Shown here: positions 38,940 through 51,589 of the stretch, piece after piece
How the letters are laid out: the number at the start of each line of letters is the position of its first letter
Numbering within the stretch: the first letter of the stretch is position 1
Origin: Octopus vulgaris
Lineage: Eukaryota
Reading direction: 5' to 3'
Assembly (NCBI GenBank): GCA_951406725.2
Contig: OX597818.1
Location: forward strand, 47,988,001 to 48,052,000
Length of the DNA stretch: 64,000 bases
Notes under the pieces: generated by a model
Database searches by the model: none
Told to the model about the DNA's origin: nothing
The model's input: the letters and a program-made list of their open reading frames with translations, nothing else
Position numbers and translations under genes: made by a program

Positions 38940-40050
38940 TTATTATTTAGAATAATGTACAACCGCGTAATAAACAATTTTGTTTCGTGGTCCGTTCAAA
39001 TATATATTTTCTTTTATTATAGCATTCTTTGAGTAATTACTGTCTTCTCCGTGTCCAAAAGTTTCCTTTCGTGCAGACGGTAGTTTTCCATCACGTATTA
39101 TGTCTGTATTATGCTCTTATTTGTTCTTACTTGTGAGAAAAACTTTGATAGACAATACGCAAGTGATGTTAAATAAGTGCATGGAAAATATAATCGAGAA
39201 ACAAAAATTTTTAAACATTTTCTGCGATATACCTTCAGTTATGGATATTACAGAATGGGGATTTATTTTACGTGGACAGCTTTCCTATTTCACGTTAGTG
39301 TGTAAGGATTTGATTCAATTTTCTCTCTATACTACAGAGAAAACTGGTTTCAAAGTAAGACGTTTTAGCTGTCCATGTTATACGCTGGGTTCTGAGTGAG
39401 GCCATTTTTTGTTACTTTTAATTGTTTAGCCAGAGAAAGAAGAGCAACATCTATGAACACTTCATCACCTCCGAGACTGGAGAACGGTAGGAAGAAGGGA
39501 AGTTATCAAACTGCAGACGGAGCCCAAATGCTTGTGATAAAGAGATCTCCGGCAAGGGTAGGCAAGGATTATTTAGGGTATTAAACCAGACAAAGAAATA
39601 GATTTCTCTCCCTTCAATACACCCTAACTTTCTTTAAATGTTTAAGATATTTTGATAATGTTTTTCATATCTATTGAAAAACCGTCTAAGCCTTTGATCT
39701 AGTTATTGTTTTAATAGCTTAATATAAACTTCCTATAGATTTTGACGTAGAGAATAACATTCATTTAATTGACTGCTCTCTTTTGCAATGTTTGTGTAAG
39801 TTTTCAGAAGAATACTTCAACGGTTTTTACACCTATTTCATTGGATTATTTGTTGCGCCCAGTGTAATTTATTTATACAGCATATTTGTCATGTTCACAG
39901 AATATCTAAGTTCGTGTCCCACATGCAATCACCATCTTGTTTCACTCCAACTGATTTTTTTTTAAAACCCAATAATCTACATACTATTATTCATTGCTTT
40001 ATCTACTTCGGGTTTCACTGATAAAACGACAATCTCTCGCAGTCTCCTAA
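38940..40050 (-). pseudogene. Possible very old Penelope-like RT/GIY-YIG relic
   Basis: Weak fragments only (KPEVDKA for KPADKG; ECYNKRKYI for C...YIG); heavily mutated. Confidence 0.3.
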
Positions 40051-40102
40051 AATGCATAAAAGAATCTTATGATGCAAACAATATATATATATATATATAT
40101 AT

Positions 40103-40361
40103 AAACAATTGCAGCGTTGAAGGTGTTTATAAGCCATTTAAGAAACACACAAAATCCACAGCACGGAATTTTGTCAGTGAACAACAGGTCGCGGTCTCAA
40201 AGTGACGAAAATATTTTGACAAGTTAAATTTAAATGTTGAAGTGAATCCAACGGATTTTGTGTGTTTCTTAAATGGCTTATAAACACCTTCTATGCTGCA
40301 ATTGTTTTTATTCCAGTACACGATCTCAGATCAGGTCACTTGCTATGCAAGTACATCTCCG

Positions 40362-40364
<3 letters not shown>
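40103..40364 (+). mobile_element. Short PLE-terminus-like element with a 55-bp inverted repeat and a variant hammerhead-like fold, inside (TA)n
   Basis: IR arms at 40103-40157 and 40253-40307; fold ttgtca-gtgaacaacag-gtcgc..gtgac-GAAA-atattt-tgacaa at 40171-40222. Confidence 0.55.
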
Positions 40365-40411
<47 letters not shown>

Positions 40412-40439
40412 TTATTTATTTATTTATATATACACATAG

Positions 40440-40479
<40 letters not shown>

Positions 40480-40665
40480 CGGAAGCTTTATGAAAATAAA
40501 CAAAAGACGAAGGCAGGTGGAAAACAAACGAACAATTGTATTAGTATATATATATATATATACATACATATACATACATATACATACATACATACATACA
40601 TACATACATACATACATACATACATACATACATACATACATACATACATACATACTTACATGCAT

Positions 40666-40752
<87 letters not shown>

Positions 40753-41111
40753 TAGACCCCCTTCGGTTAGGAATGACTTTGGATTGTACCTAGAAAGTTC
40801 CCCCCGAGGTAATGTTGAATGTGGAAATTTCGTGAACGTGCAAAACGCATCAACCGCATTAGATGCTCGAAGGCAGAGTGGGAAGTTTTAAAGAAATTCA
40901 TGACGTTATTAAAAACATAGAACAACAACCAAATGTGTTTCTTTACTTACTCGCATATATATATAAATTATAAATATTATTGCAATACAATAGTATTATT
41001 TTCCAGCTAAATAAAGCAGTATAAAGATAGAATTATAAATAGGAAATAGTGGCACAACAAGGCATCAAAGTTTGCTGGAAATAGCAGTCGGTAACCCTAC
41101 GACGCTATGTA

Positions 41112-41547
41112 AAGCTTAACCGAATGTATACAGGCAAAGATGTGTGTGGGCGGAGAACGTAAGAGTTTTCGTCTAACTTCTTGGAAGAACGCCGGATAAA
41201 TGGACAACATAGAATGGATAACCTAGTACTCGAGTTTCGGGCTTTCCAGAATACGTTTGTTATCGTAAAACTTTTTGACTGATCTCGGTTCTGTTTATGG
41301 CTATGTATTCAGTCGAATATACTGGCATTGATGTAGCGGATGTTTCAAATTTCGTCTTCGATGAACCTAGCTGAAGAAGAATAACCAGATTTACGATAAC
41401 AAACGTATTCTCTAAAGTCCGAGACTGGTGTACTAGGTTATCCATTCTAGGTTGTCCATTTATCCGGCGTTCTTCCTAAAGGTAAGACGAAAACTTTTAC
41501 GTTCGCCACCCACACGCATCTTTACCTGTATACATCCGGTAAAGCTT
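41112..41547. mobile_element. Long-TIR foldback MITE
   Basis: ~160-bp imperfect inverted arms (aagcttaaccgaatgtatacagg... / ...cctgtatacatccggtaaagctt) around a ~120-bp spacer; lies in an insert splitting a tail-E SINE (40755-40810 and 41549-41600, minus). Confidence 0.85.
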
Positions 41548-41779
41548 ATCCAAGGGAAAGGCAACAGCAGATACAGCTTGGCACCTGTGACGTCGCAACA
41601 GTATATATTTTTGAAATTTGAAAATTTTTGAATTTTTAAAAATATTTTAAAAATTAATACTGTTTTAAATTAAATTTTACATTATGATTCCAGTTATTCA
41701 AAATAAGCAACCTTAGAATTAATTGCATTTAATTATACAAAAAAAATTGTTGAGTTTTTCTGCTGCTTGGTTGTTGAAA

Positions 41780-43062
41780 TGATTTAACAAAATATTTGAC
41801 GTCCCATTAATGCATAAAAGTTTAATTTTCATATTTGTCAATCACATTTTTTTATGCGGAATAATTGCCATACTTTTACAACAGAATCTAAATTTTCAAT
41901 GTTTCAGTATTGATAGAATTTTAGTCACAGAATATCCACCCCATTTTAAGACCTTAAATATCCAACTATTTAAGTCAATAATTGATAAACGTGGTTTGTT
42001 GCTAAGGTGAGCACATTATTGTCCTTGCATTTCATCACAAATACGATAGTTACCGAGGCAACTATTTTTCTTCCGCTTGCCTTCTTTTTGAATGCTACAG
42101 TCTTCAATAAAGGGAAATTCAGAAGCCTACTGTCTCGTATACCTCATGAACTACAAATGTCCTTTTCCAATAAATAGTCGGAAACATCCTGGGACACGAA
42201 ATAATTATCAGAATACATTTTGTGTCCAAATTTTATAGGCACAATTATTTTTTTGACCAAATTCACAACAGTTTATCCTCCAGTACCTTGACTGATTTCA
42301 ATGATTTTGATAGCTGTTGATGCTTCCCTCATATATACATAGAAAAAAAACCTAAATTCAGTAGCAGGGCAATAATCCAATTATTGAACCCAAACCTAAT
42401 GCTCTTCTCTTTGATGTATTGCTTGTTAAAAAAAAAAATTAGGGCTCATGACTTCATGGATAGAAATATGTTCTGGAAAATTCTTCAGTGAGTGACGTCA
42501 AATTGTTTGTATCTCGAGCAATCTGTCTGCAGCACCAACGTTTACACTGTCACTCAAATTAATACGATACAGAACATCTTCAAAACGATTACATCGGGTG
42601 GCACTTGAGAGCATAACAGGTGTCTTTCTCGAGCGAACAGTTGGCTCTTTTATGTAGAAATTTAACAAATCCAGAGAACAAAGCACACACCCCCCCCCAC
42701 ACACACACACACATACTAGCAATTAATCACATTTCAATGTGAGATATAATTAAAATGGTATTTTCTGATGAACATAAAGACTAGTTTGATAAACTATATT
42801 CTGGGAGAATGTTTTATCAAATAGGAGTTTGAAAATTTCTGCCTCTAATTCGTTTAACATGATAAATTCTGGTTTAACATGATAAATTATAGGTGCAGGA
42901 GTGGCTGTGTGGTAAGTAGCTTGCTTACAAACCATATGGTTCCGGGTTCAGTCCCACGGCGTGGCACCTTGGACAAGTGTCTTCTACTATAGCCACGGAC
43001 TGACCAAAGCCTTGTGGGTGGATTTGGTAGACGGAAACTAAAAGAAGCCCGTCGTATATATG

Positions 43063-43144
<82 letters not shown>

Positions 43145-43690
43145 TCCCCCCAACATCGCTTGACAACGGATCTTGGTGTGTTTAGGTCCCCGTAACTTAG
43201 CGGTTCGGCAAAAGATACCGATAAAATAAGTACTAGGATTACAAAGAATAAGTCCTAGGGTCGATTTGATTCGACTAAAGGCGGTGCTCCAGCATGGCCG
43301 CAGTCAAATGACTGAAACAAGTAAAAGAGTAAAAGAGTAGTGTTTTAAAAACAGTGTTGTATACATTGATATCAAAATTTGGAACAATTTTTCCCAATTT
43401 TGGATTTGTATGTATTTGTGTATTTTGCATTTTGTTTAAAGCTGACTAACAGAAGATTTGGGCGTATTTAAAGTTTCTTCATTTATATCTACGTTCCTTT
43501 CTTTGGTTACAAAATTGCATTGAGTTATCAATAATCCTCTTCCTAAACGATTCATTTGATTAGCTGAATCATCTTAGGAATCTTTAGCTTCATCCTCTGC
43601 CAGATTATCCTTATCTACTTCGGGAATATGAAGTACACCTTTAGCAGTTAATAAAGTAACCATTCTTTCAACATTTCCAAAATCTCATGT
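41780..43690 (-). pseudogene. Fossil piggyBac (PGBD2/3-like) transposase interrupted by a SINE
   Basis: EIFKLLFD...IVYQTSLY..QK; ATRCNRFEDVLYRINLSD; SIHEVM..KQYIKEKSIRFGF; KMYSDNYF; GIRDSRL..FPL; KCKDNNVLTLATN, in piggyBac order. Confidence 0.8.
42889..43339 (+). mobile_element. SINE family B, full length
   Basis: aggtgcaggagtggctgtgtgg head, gggttcagtccc B box, CORE-like segment, (TA)(TG) tract, aagtaaaagag tail. Confidence 0.92.
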
Positions 43691-43860
43691 ATACAATTTT
43701 TAAAACATTATAAAACATGAATGTAAAATAAGAAAACAAAGTTATTCTAACTGTAATGTAAACATGTCTAAAGGCCAGTTGGTAGGCTCTGCAACTATTA
43801 TTCAGCGGTGTGTTGAAGGCATATCGTTCTCATTTCAGAACGCATGTGTATAACATCCTA

Positions 43861-44093
43861 CCTATTTCTTTACTACCCACAAGGGGCTAAACACAGAGAG
43901 GACAAACAAGGACAGACAAACAGATTAAGTCGATTATATCGACCTCAGTGGGTAACTAGTACTTAATTTATCGACCCCGAAAGGATGAAAGGCAAAGTCA
44001 ACCTCGGCGGAATTTGAACTCAGAACGTGGCGGCAGACGAAATACGGCTACGCATTTCGCCCGGCGTGCTAATGTTTCTGCCAGCTCGCTGCC
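43861..44093 (-). mobile_element. SINE family A, full length
   Basis: 18-bp TSD catgtgtataacatccta on both sides. Confidence 0.93.
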
Positions 44094-45901
44094 ATGTGTA
44101 TAACATCCTATCATTCAATAATTGAGTTGTAAAACAAATATTTTTGTTCGAGATTATCAGTAAGTAATGAAGAAGAAAATTATATATTAAAAAAGAACCT
44201 ACCCGCTTCTGAAAACACTTTTTGACTGATGTCATCTTGGAGGTAATCTGCAGAATAAAACAGCCATTAAATTCTGGTTTTCATCAAAGTCCATTCACAG
44301 AAAGGTTAACTGAAACAAAATTCAACCAACTGAAACAAAATACAACACTTCGTATTGTAAATATTGGTTTCAAATTTTGGCACAAGGCCAGCAATTTTAG
44401 GGGAGGGGATAAATCGATTATATCGACCCCAGGGTTCAATTAGTACTTATTTCATCAACTTCGAAAGAATGAAAGGCAGAATTTGAATTCAGATTATCCT
44501 TATCTTCTCCGGGAATATGAAGGCCACCAATTTCCGGAGTGGAGGATAGTCGATTGCATCTGGTGCTTATCATCGACCCTCAAAAGGCAAAAGGCAAGGT
44601 CGGCCTTGGGGGAATTTGAACTTAGAACGTAAAAACGGACGAAATGCTGCTAAGCATTTTGCCTGATGTGCTAACGATTCTGCCGACTCGCCGCCTTTGC
44701 ATATTGTATATATATATATTAAATCTATGCATTGATGACTTAGTATTACTAATATTATGGCTTCAAACAAACCACTTAGCACGACTTATGAAGAGAAATA
44801 TTGTTGCTGCTGTTGTTATTAATTTGTGCCTTTACTTTTTATCCTTCCGTAATCAACAACTGAAATTTCATATAATGACTTTCCCCTCTTGTCGGAAAAT
44901 GTTTGACACTGCATCTTAATAGAAACTCTCATTATTATTATCGAAAGTATTACACGCTATCTTAGTTAAAAGAGATGTTTTCATGAGGCCTGTTGACAGA
45001 TTCTGTCTTAAGGTTCTTGCAGAACACAGAATTGTATTTTCTGCAGATTGACAATGCGAGTCACAATTCCAATATCGTTCAGCCTCTTAGCGGTTTGGGT
45101 GCTACCAAAGAATACCAAATACCACAGGAATAATCGTTGTCTTAATCTTCTTCTTCTTCATTTCTTCGACAAGGTTCTGCTATTTCTCAACTTTATCAAT
45201 TTCTTTGGTATCCACTTTATTATTGTTGTGTGCCCCCCCCCCCAGATGATAAAGTAGACTAGCCCAATACGTAGATATAGAGGGAGAATTCTAGACGTCA
45301 GAGAAGAGTAGCAGAGAGTAGAGAGTCGCATTGAGTAGAGGTCATCCGAGCGTACGCCATAGCAATTATCAAATGATACTGCAACATCTATGATCTTAAA
45401 TTGGTTTTTTCTTTGCCCTCTGCAGTCGTATCTAGTCTTCTTGTTTCAATAATGTGGTCAATCTTTATCGGAAACTCCGTAAAATCCTGTAATTACTATT
45501 CTCTGTCACAACCTTTGGCTCGTGTTTATACATTTTCTGCTACTTTGAATCTACACAACTGTGTCTGTTTACTTTGTATATATATTTGTAAATATTTATA
45601 TATTTGTTTTAATATGTACGAGTGGCATCCGAGTCTGAACCAGAGACGTCAAGAGATAACAAGTTTTTTTTGCATATAACGATGTTAATTTGTGAGGTTC
45701 CATACAGTTGATGCCTGTGAGTTAGAAATGATATCCCTTTTCATAAAATTTATAGTAAAACTGAATGAATAAAATGGTATTTACGTGGAGTGGAATTTAC
45801 AAGTAGTAGTATTTCGGTAGATCCATTTTTAATCCATTCTTTCACCACACAACCAAGTGTAGCTTTGTGTAACATGGGTACGTGCAATGTTTGTTCTATT
45901 G

Positions 45902-46282
45902 TACTCTTTTACACTTTTACTTGTTTCAGTCATTTGACTGCGGCCATGCTGGAGCACCGCCTTTAGTCGAGCAAATCGACCTCAGGACTTATTCTTTGGA
46001 AGCCTAGTATTTATTCTATCGGTCTCTTTTGCCGAACTGCTAAGTTACGGGGACGTAAACACACCAGCATCGGTTGTCAAGCGATGTTGGGGGGGGGGGG
46101 GACAAACACAGACACGTCCCCGTAATCTAGCGGTTCGGCAAAAGAGACCGACAGAATAAGTACTAGGCCTACAAAGAATAAGTCCTGGGGTCATTTGCTC
46201 GACTAAAGGTGGTGCTCCAGCATGGCCACAGTCACATGACTGAAACAAGTAAAAGAGTAAAAGAGAGCAAAAGAGTAAAGAG
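45902..46282. mobile_element. Inverted head-to-head pair of family-B SINE 3' halves
   Basis: Arms 45902-46056 and 46114-46265 are reverse complements; ~57-nt spacer. Confidence 0.9.
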
Positions 46283-46623
46283 AAACAGTAACAGTCGTGC
46301 TCTGACGGAGTTTGTGTTGCCTACATTCGCCGTGGCCATCACCAAAAACTAAACTATAGGCGTCCAAGAATAGGCTAGATATTGAAGAAAGTTCAACATA
46401 GCCAGGCTCTCTTTCTACACCGTACTGCATGTCTGGTCATGCACCATGATCCTCGGCTTAGTATAACTGGGGAAAAACGTATCACCAGGTTGCACCTCAT
46501 CGTTCGGTCGACTGTGACATAAGATTGCTCGATCACGGTAGGCTACACAAGCAATATCGATCATGTAGCTTTTCTGAAGACGGATCATACACCCTGTAAT
46601 GACAAAATCGAACCAACAGATAA

Positions 46624-47075
46624 GGATCTTTTCGGTTTGACCGGCAGTTTTTTAAAATAATTTCCACGTAACTAAACACTTTTAAACTTCGTATACTGGT
46701 AGAATGTGTTTATAAAACATCTTTTTCTCTTGGCTTTATTGAGAAAATTCTATAGTTTGTAAGATATTTGCTGTTTTTTTCCTTCCATTTCTGCAATTTC
46801 AACCAATCAATGACGTCTATTGAGGTGAAAACATTCTGTGCCGTATGAATATGTCCTTCGTTTAAGAAACAGATTGGGTTTATTTACATTTCTGAAGAAG
46901 AAAAGATACCCTCCCCTTCTAACCCTAACCCTAACCCTAACTAACCCTAACTCTAACCCTAACCCTAACCCTAAAACAGATTGAAATTCAATAGATCGAT
47001 ACTAGGGTCATAATTATGGGTGACAATTTCATATGACACCGCTAGAAAAAACTGCTGGTCAAACCGAAAATATCC
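46624..47075 (-). mobile_element. TTAGGG-containing MITE, second copy, with 8-bp TSD
   Basis: ggatcttttcggtttgaccggcagtttt ... aaaactgctggtcaaaccgaaaatatcc; TSD acagataa at 46616-46623 and 47076-47083; (CCCTAA)n near 46918-46975. Confidence 0.92.
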
Positions 47076-47735
47076 ACAGATAAACCAACACGTTATGTTA
47101 TGTCCGCAGCAATTTCCAACATCGAGCACTTAAAAACAAAAGTACATCTATAAACGTATAGAAACTGATGAGAAAGTATGAAGATATTTATTTAAGTTAT
47201 GACTACAACAACAGTATTTACTTTGATTACTGATTTCAACTGAATATTTTGTGGAATAGAATTAATCCAAATTGGTACACTCTTTTTTTTTCTTTTTTTT
47301 TTTGAACAACTATAAACATTTTTGCACCTGCTAATATTTTGCTAATATTATTTTGCTCAGATAGTTGATTACGGTCTGAGAAGAAACTATTTCAATATCA
47401 TATTAATGGCTAATAACCGAATGTGTACTGATCATTTTTAGCAGACGTAAAGCAAGATTCGTTATTATATTGAATATTATTAAAAAAGTAGAGGGAAATA
47501 TTATCAGTGTGGAATAAAAAGAATATAAAATGATGCGCCAAAAAAAAATTGTTTCAAGACTATCTATCAGATCTTTTGAACACCCATCATTATTAATATA
47601 AAGAGAATATTGATCAATTCATTGCCTTCTTCCGTATACCATATCTTTATATCTCAGGTAATACAGACAGCCTTATTTCACAATGAAGGTGGCTTGTTTC
47701 TAAATTGTATTATGTGCGTCAGAGAGAGGGAGAGA

Positions 47736-47805
<70 letters not shown>

Positions 47806-48705
47806 TATATATATATAACAATTGGCATTAAGAAGTAATGTGTTTTTATGCTAAACTATTTATCAGAATAGTTTTACATTTTTACTTTAGTGACTCCCTG
47901 GTCTTAGTTCAAATCCCTGTGTATCAAAATTCATCTTATACATATATACCACGGGCTTCTTTCAATTTCCGTCTTCCAAATCCACTCACAATGCTTTTGT
48001 CGGCCCGAGGCTATAGTAGAAGACACTTGGTCAAGGTCTCCATGGTCAGTATACTAAGAACATATAATATAATTAGTTAAAATTCAATTGTAGTTACATT
48101 TCATCTTTTGCCTGTCCGAAGCATTTTCATAAGTTTGTCCAAAATGTCTTTGCTTGTTTTCAGGGAAATGTGTTCTGCGCATCACATGTGATAGTAAAGA
48201 CCGGCGAAGGGTTAATGAGAGATAGTTCTAAACTTAAAGATTACTGTACAGAAATACAGTAATTTCTTTGGAAATACGGCTTGGTGCAAATCTGAATATA
48301 AATAAAATGTTTAAAACCAAAACAGTAAAAAAGCAATGAATCGCATTGAATCTGAGACAATTACTTAAGCTGTTTGCATAGTCATTTGTTGTTTGAATAA
48401 GTGATTGGACAAAATATCAACCAAATTGGGAAAAGAACATCTGAGCTACTCGATTAATCATTACATTTTTTATATTGATTTAATCTTCTTTTATTATATA
48501 AATATATATATGTTGATATTAAAGCTTTGACTACACTATACACAACTTTTCATAATCTGGTCTACTTTTGTGCCTAGCCACGTATAGCTTGCATATACAA
48601 AGGTATAAACACGCACGTATATGTGTGTGGAGATAATGTATATGTTTGTATGTATGTATGTGTAGTAAGTAAGCAAGCTACTTACCACACAGCCACTCCA
48701 ACGCC

Positions 48706-48766
<61 letters not shown>

Positions 48767-48988
48767 GTTAATCCAAACAAGAAAGCACAAAAAAACACAA
48801 CAACGCGAGGACGTGGAACAAATATAGTATTATTGGACGCTCAGGAAAGATATATATATATCATCGGAAGAATGTAAGTTCGTCCTTTAATTGGAATTTT
48901 TTATTAAGATTTCTAATGCCTTTTCTCCATGATTTACTTTCGAATTTTCTTATATAAATTCGTATTGGTATGAAAGCTTGTATAGAAA

Positions 48989-49380
48989 TAATCTGTATAT
49001 GACTTAACTTGTTAAAGTTCAACAAATTCATTCATATTTATGTAATGGAGGAGATTAGATGTTAAAATGGATTATAGTTTTTATTTTTCATGTTGCTATA
49101 CAGTTGTTTCATACAAATGGACTTGGATATTCATAGATAGAAAATCGAAATAATCATATTTGTACTAGTCAGTAGCTAATAGAAAAACTAGCTACTGACT
49201 AGTACAAATATGACTATTACGATTTTCTGTCTATGAATATGTGAATCCATTTGTATGAAACAACTGTAAAGCAAGATGAAAAATAAAAACTATAATCCAT
49301 TTTAACATCTAATCTCCTCCATTACATAAATATGTATGACTTTGTTGGACTTTATTTAATAAGTTAAGTCATATACTGAT

Positions 49381-49382
<2 letters not shown>
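48989..49382. repeat. ~390-bp foldback palindrome
   Basis: ~190-bp arms centred on a 10-nt loop at 49179-49188 (tagtcagtagcta-atagaaaaac-tagctactgacta). Confidence 0.92.
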
Positions 49383-49428
<46 letters not shown>

Positions 49429-49983
49429 AATTCAATATGCGATAAAATAAAATTAATTATATATATATATATATGCACACAACATATTATATGTTATATA
49501 ATTGTATGCATATAATACTCCCCACACACACAGGCATACATTAATATTTTACAAGATAGTCCATTGAGGGCTAACAACTTGAAACTTCTAAGTCATTATA
49601 ACCCCTCTATTTTTAAAAGATAATAAATGTGTATTCTAAATAAAGTAGCAAGTAATTTTTCAGTTTAATGCTAGTTTGCTTTTAATATAACTCAACATAA
49701 AAACAAATATGTGCGTGTGCGCGTGTGTGTAGATAGATATAGACGGTGAATTGGCAGAATCGTTAGGACGCCAGGCAAATTGCTTAGTGGCATGTCAACC
49801 GTCCTTACGTTCTGAGTTCAAATTTCACCGATGTCGTCTTTGCCTTTCATCCCTTCGGAGTCGATAAAATAAGAGCCAGTTGATCACTGGGGTCGATGTA
49901 ATCCACTTACCTCTTCCCACGAAATTACTGGCCTTCTGCCAAAATTTGAAATCAATGTATGTATATATATGTATATATACATA

Positions 49984-50014
<31 letters not shown>

Positions 50015-51589
50015 ATGTATGTATGTATGTATGTATGTATTAAATTGGCTGCTTTTCCGTTACTCCATTGCATCAAGTTTCATGTCGGAGGCCAATCATC
50101 AGAATATGTATCAGCTTAGAAATGTCTCGATCATAACAACTTCTTTTGGGATACTTTCGACTATTTTCAAAGAAAAACAGTTTTTGAAAGAGTCAAGAAT
50201 ACATTCTCACACTGGTAGGCACATTGGAAAGATAAATTCAACCGGAAGCATGAAGTTGACTGATGAGGATGAAGAAAAATTTTGCAAATATTCAGCATGA
50301 ACCCTGGCATAGCATACAAAAGGATTTTTGAAAAATTTACTATATGCTATTCATGGCGTGTTGTGGCGGCTAGTTATCGCACGGGAGATAATTGCTTCTA
50401 GATCAATGGTAAGATTTGAAGCATGAATTTTAAATCGTATAGGAAGCAAGATGTACAGAATAAAAACATTTAAAATTTATTTTTCACATAATAAAGATCT
50501 TTAAATTTCCACTCTAAGTATCCATGCATAGTGCCATTTCATCCTTATTAAAAATCATCAGCATGGCATAACTTAAGACTAATAAACTATGCTAAATTAA
50601 ACATTTCACGAAGCTAGACATTTCTTATAGAGAGAAAAAATACAGTGAGAGATGCAAGTACGTCAAAATATTTGCCTTTAAACAACTTTACAAACCCTAT
50701 TTCAACTCACTCAATAATGATGATAGTACCAGGCAGTGGCTTTCATGGCTTCTCATCTTAACTGATTGGAAGTATTATCATGTACATTGTTTTGTCTTGG
50801 TATAAAAGATGGGCTACAGCAAATATTCTGCTCAATATCACAGATTTGCTTCTCAGTTGTTTGACCTTAACCAGTTGAGCATGTCCCTTAGTTACTGATG
50901 ATGATGATGATGATAATTCTATCAACGTGAAAATATCTGATTCACTTAAAACTCTTTCAAAATGGAATATATAACAAATTTAACAAAACCTTAATTCTCC
51001 GTAAAATATATCATTGTTAATCATAGATAACATCCGCAGTAAAACGGTCAACTTGCTATTACTTGAGGTCTCCAGGTAGGACTCTGAATAGCTCGCATAA
51101 AACAAATCAACAACAACAATAAGCGCAGCAATAACAACAGCATACGTTGTTGTTGTTTATGAACTAAGTTGAGGACAAAGTCAGATTGTTAATCTTGAGT
51201 AAAATAAAAACAAATAAAAGCCTAAGAAAGGACGTTTTGGAAATGTAAACATTAGCGCTAATTAAAAGATTCATTGCAAAAGATTGCGTTAATTAACAAA
51301 TGCATTGTAAACTGGACAGAAAACCATTTAATAACTCATAGATCCTGTAAATATTGGAAATATGGGAAATTCCAGCCGATACCTTCCTGGAGATATCATA
51401 AGACTTTCGTAATTTATCATTACACCATTTACCAATAAACAATACGATACGGGAAAAAAATTAATATCTTTCAACTAAACAAGAGTTCATTAACCATCGT
51501 ACACAACATAAACGACATGATGCAGTAATGAGGCAGAAGTAAAAAGCTTAGCCGTCTTTTAATACTGTTGATATCAGGTGGTTACCGTT

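Noticed and set aside
45047-45172. Acceptor followed by a signal-peptide-like ORF MRVTIPISFSLLAVW
   Set aside because: No convincing donor or homology; compatible with chance
45223-45661. Solo LTR (tgtt...aaca)
   Set aside because: No TSD, second LTR, PBS or PPT found
48040-48215. aagggTTAA end as the 5' TIR of the piggyBac fossil
   Set aside because: It lies 4.5 kb from the coding remnant and no matching opposite TIR was identified
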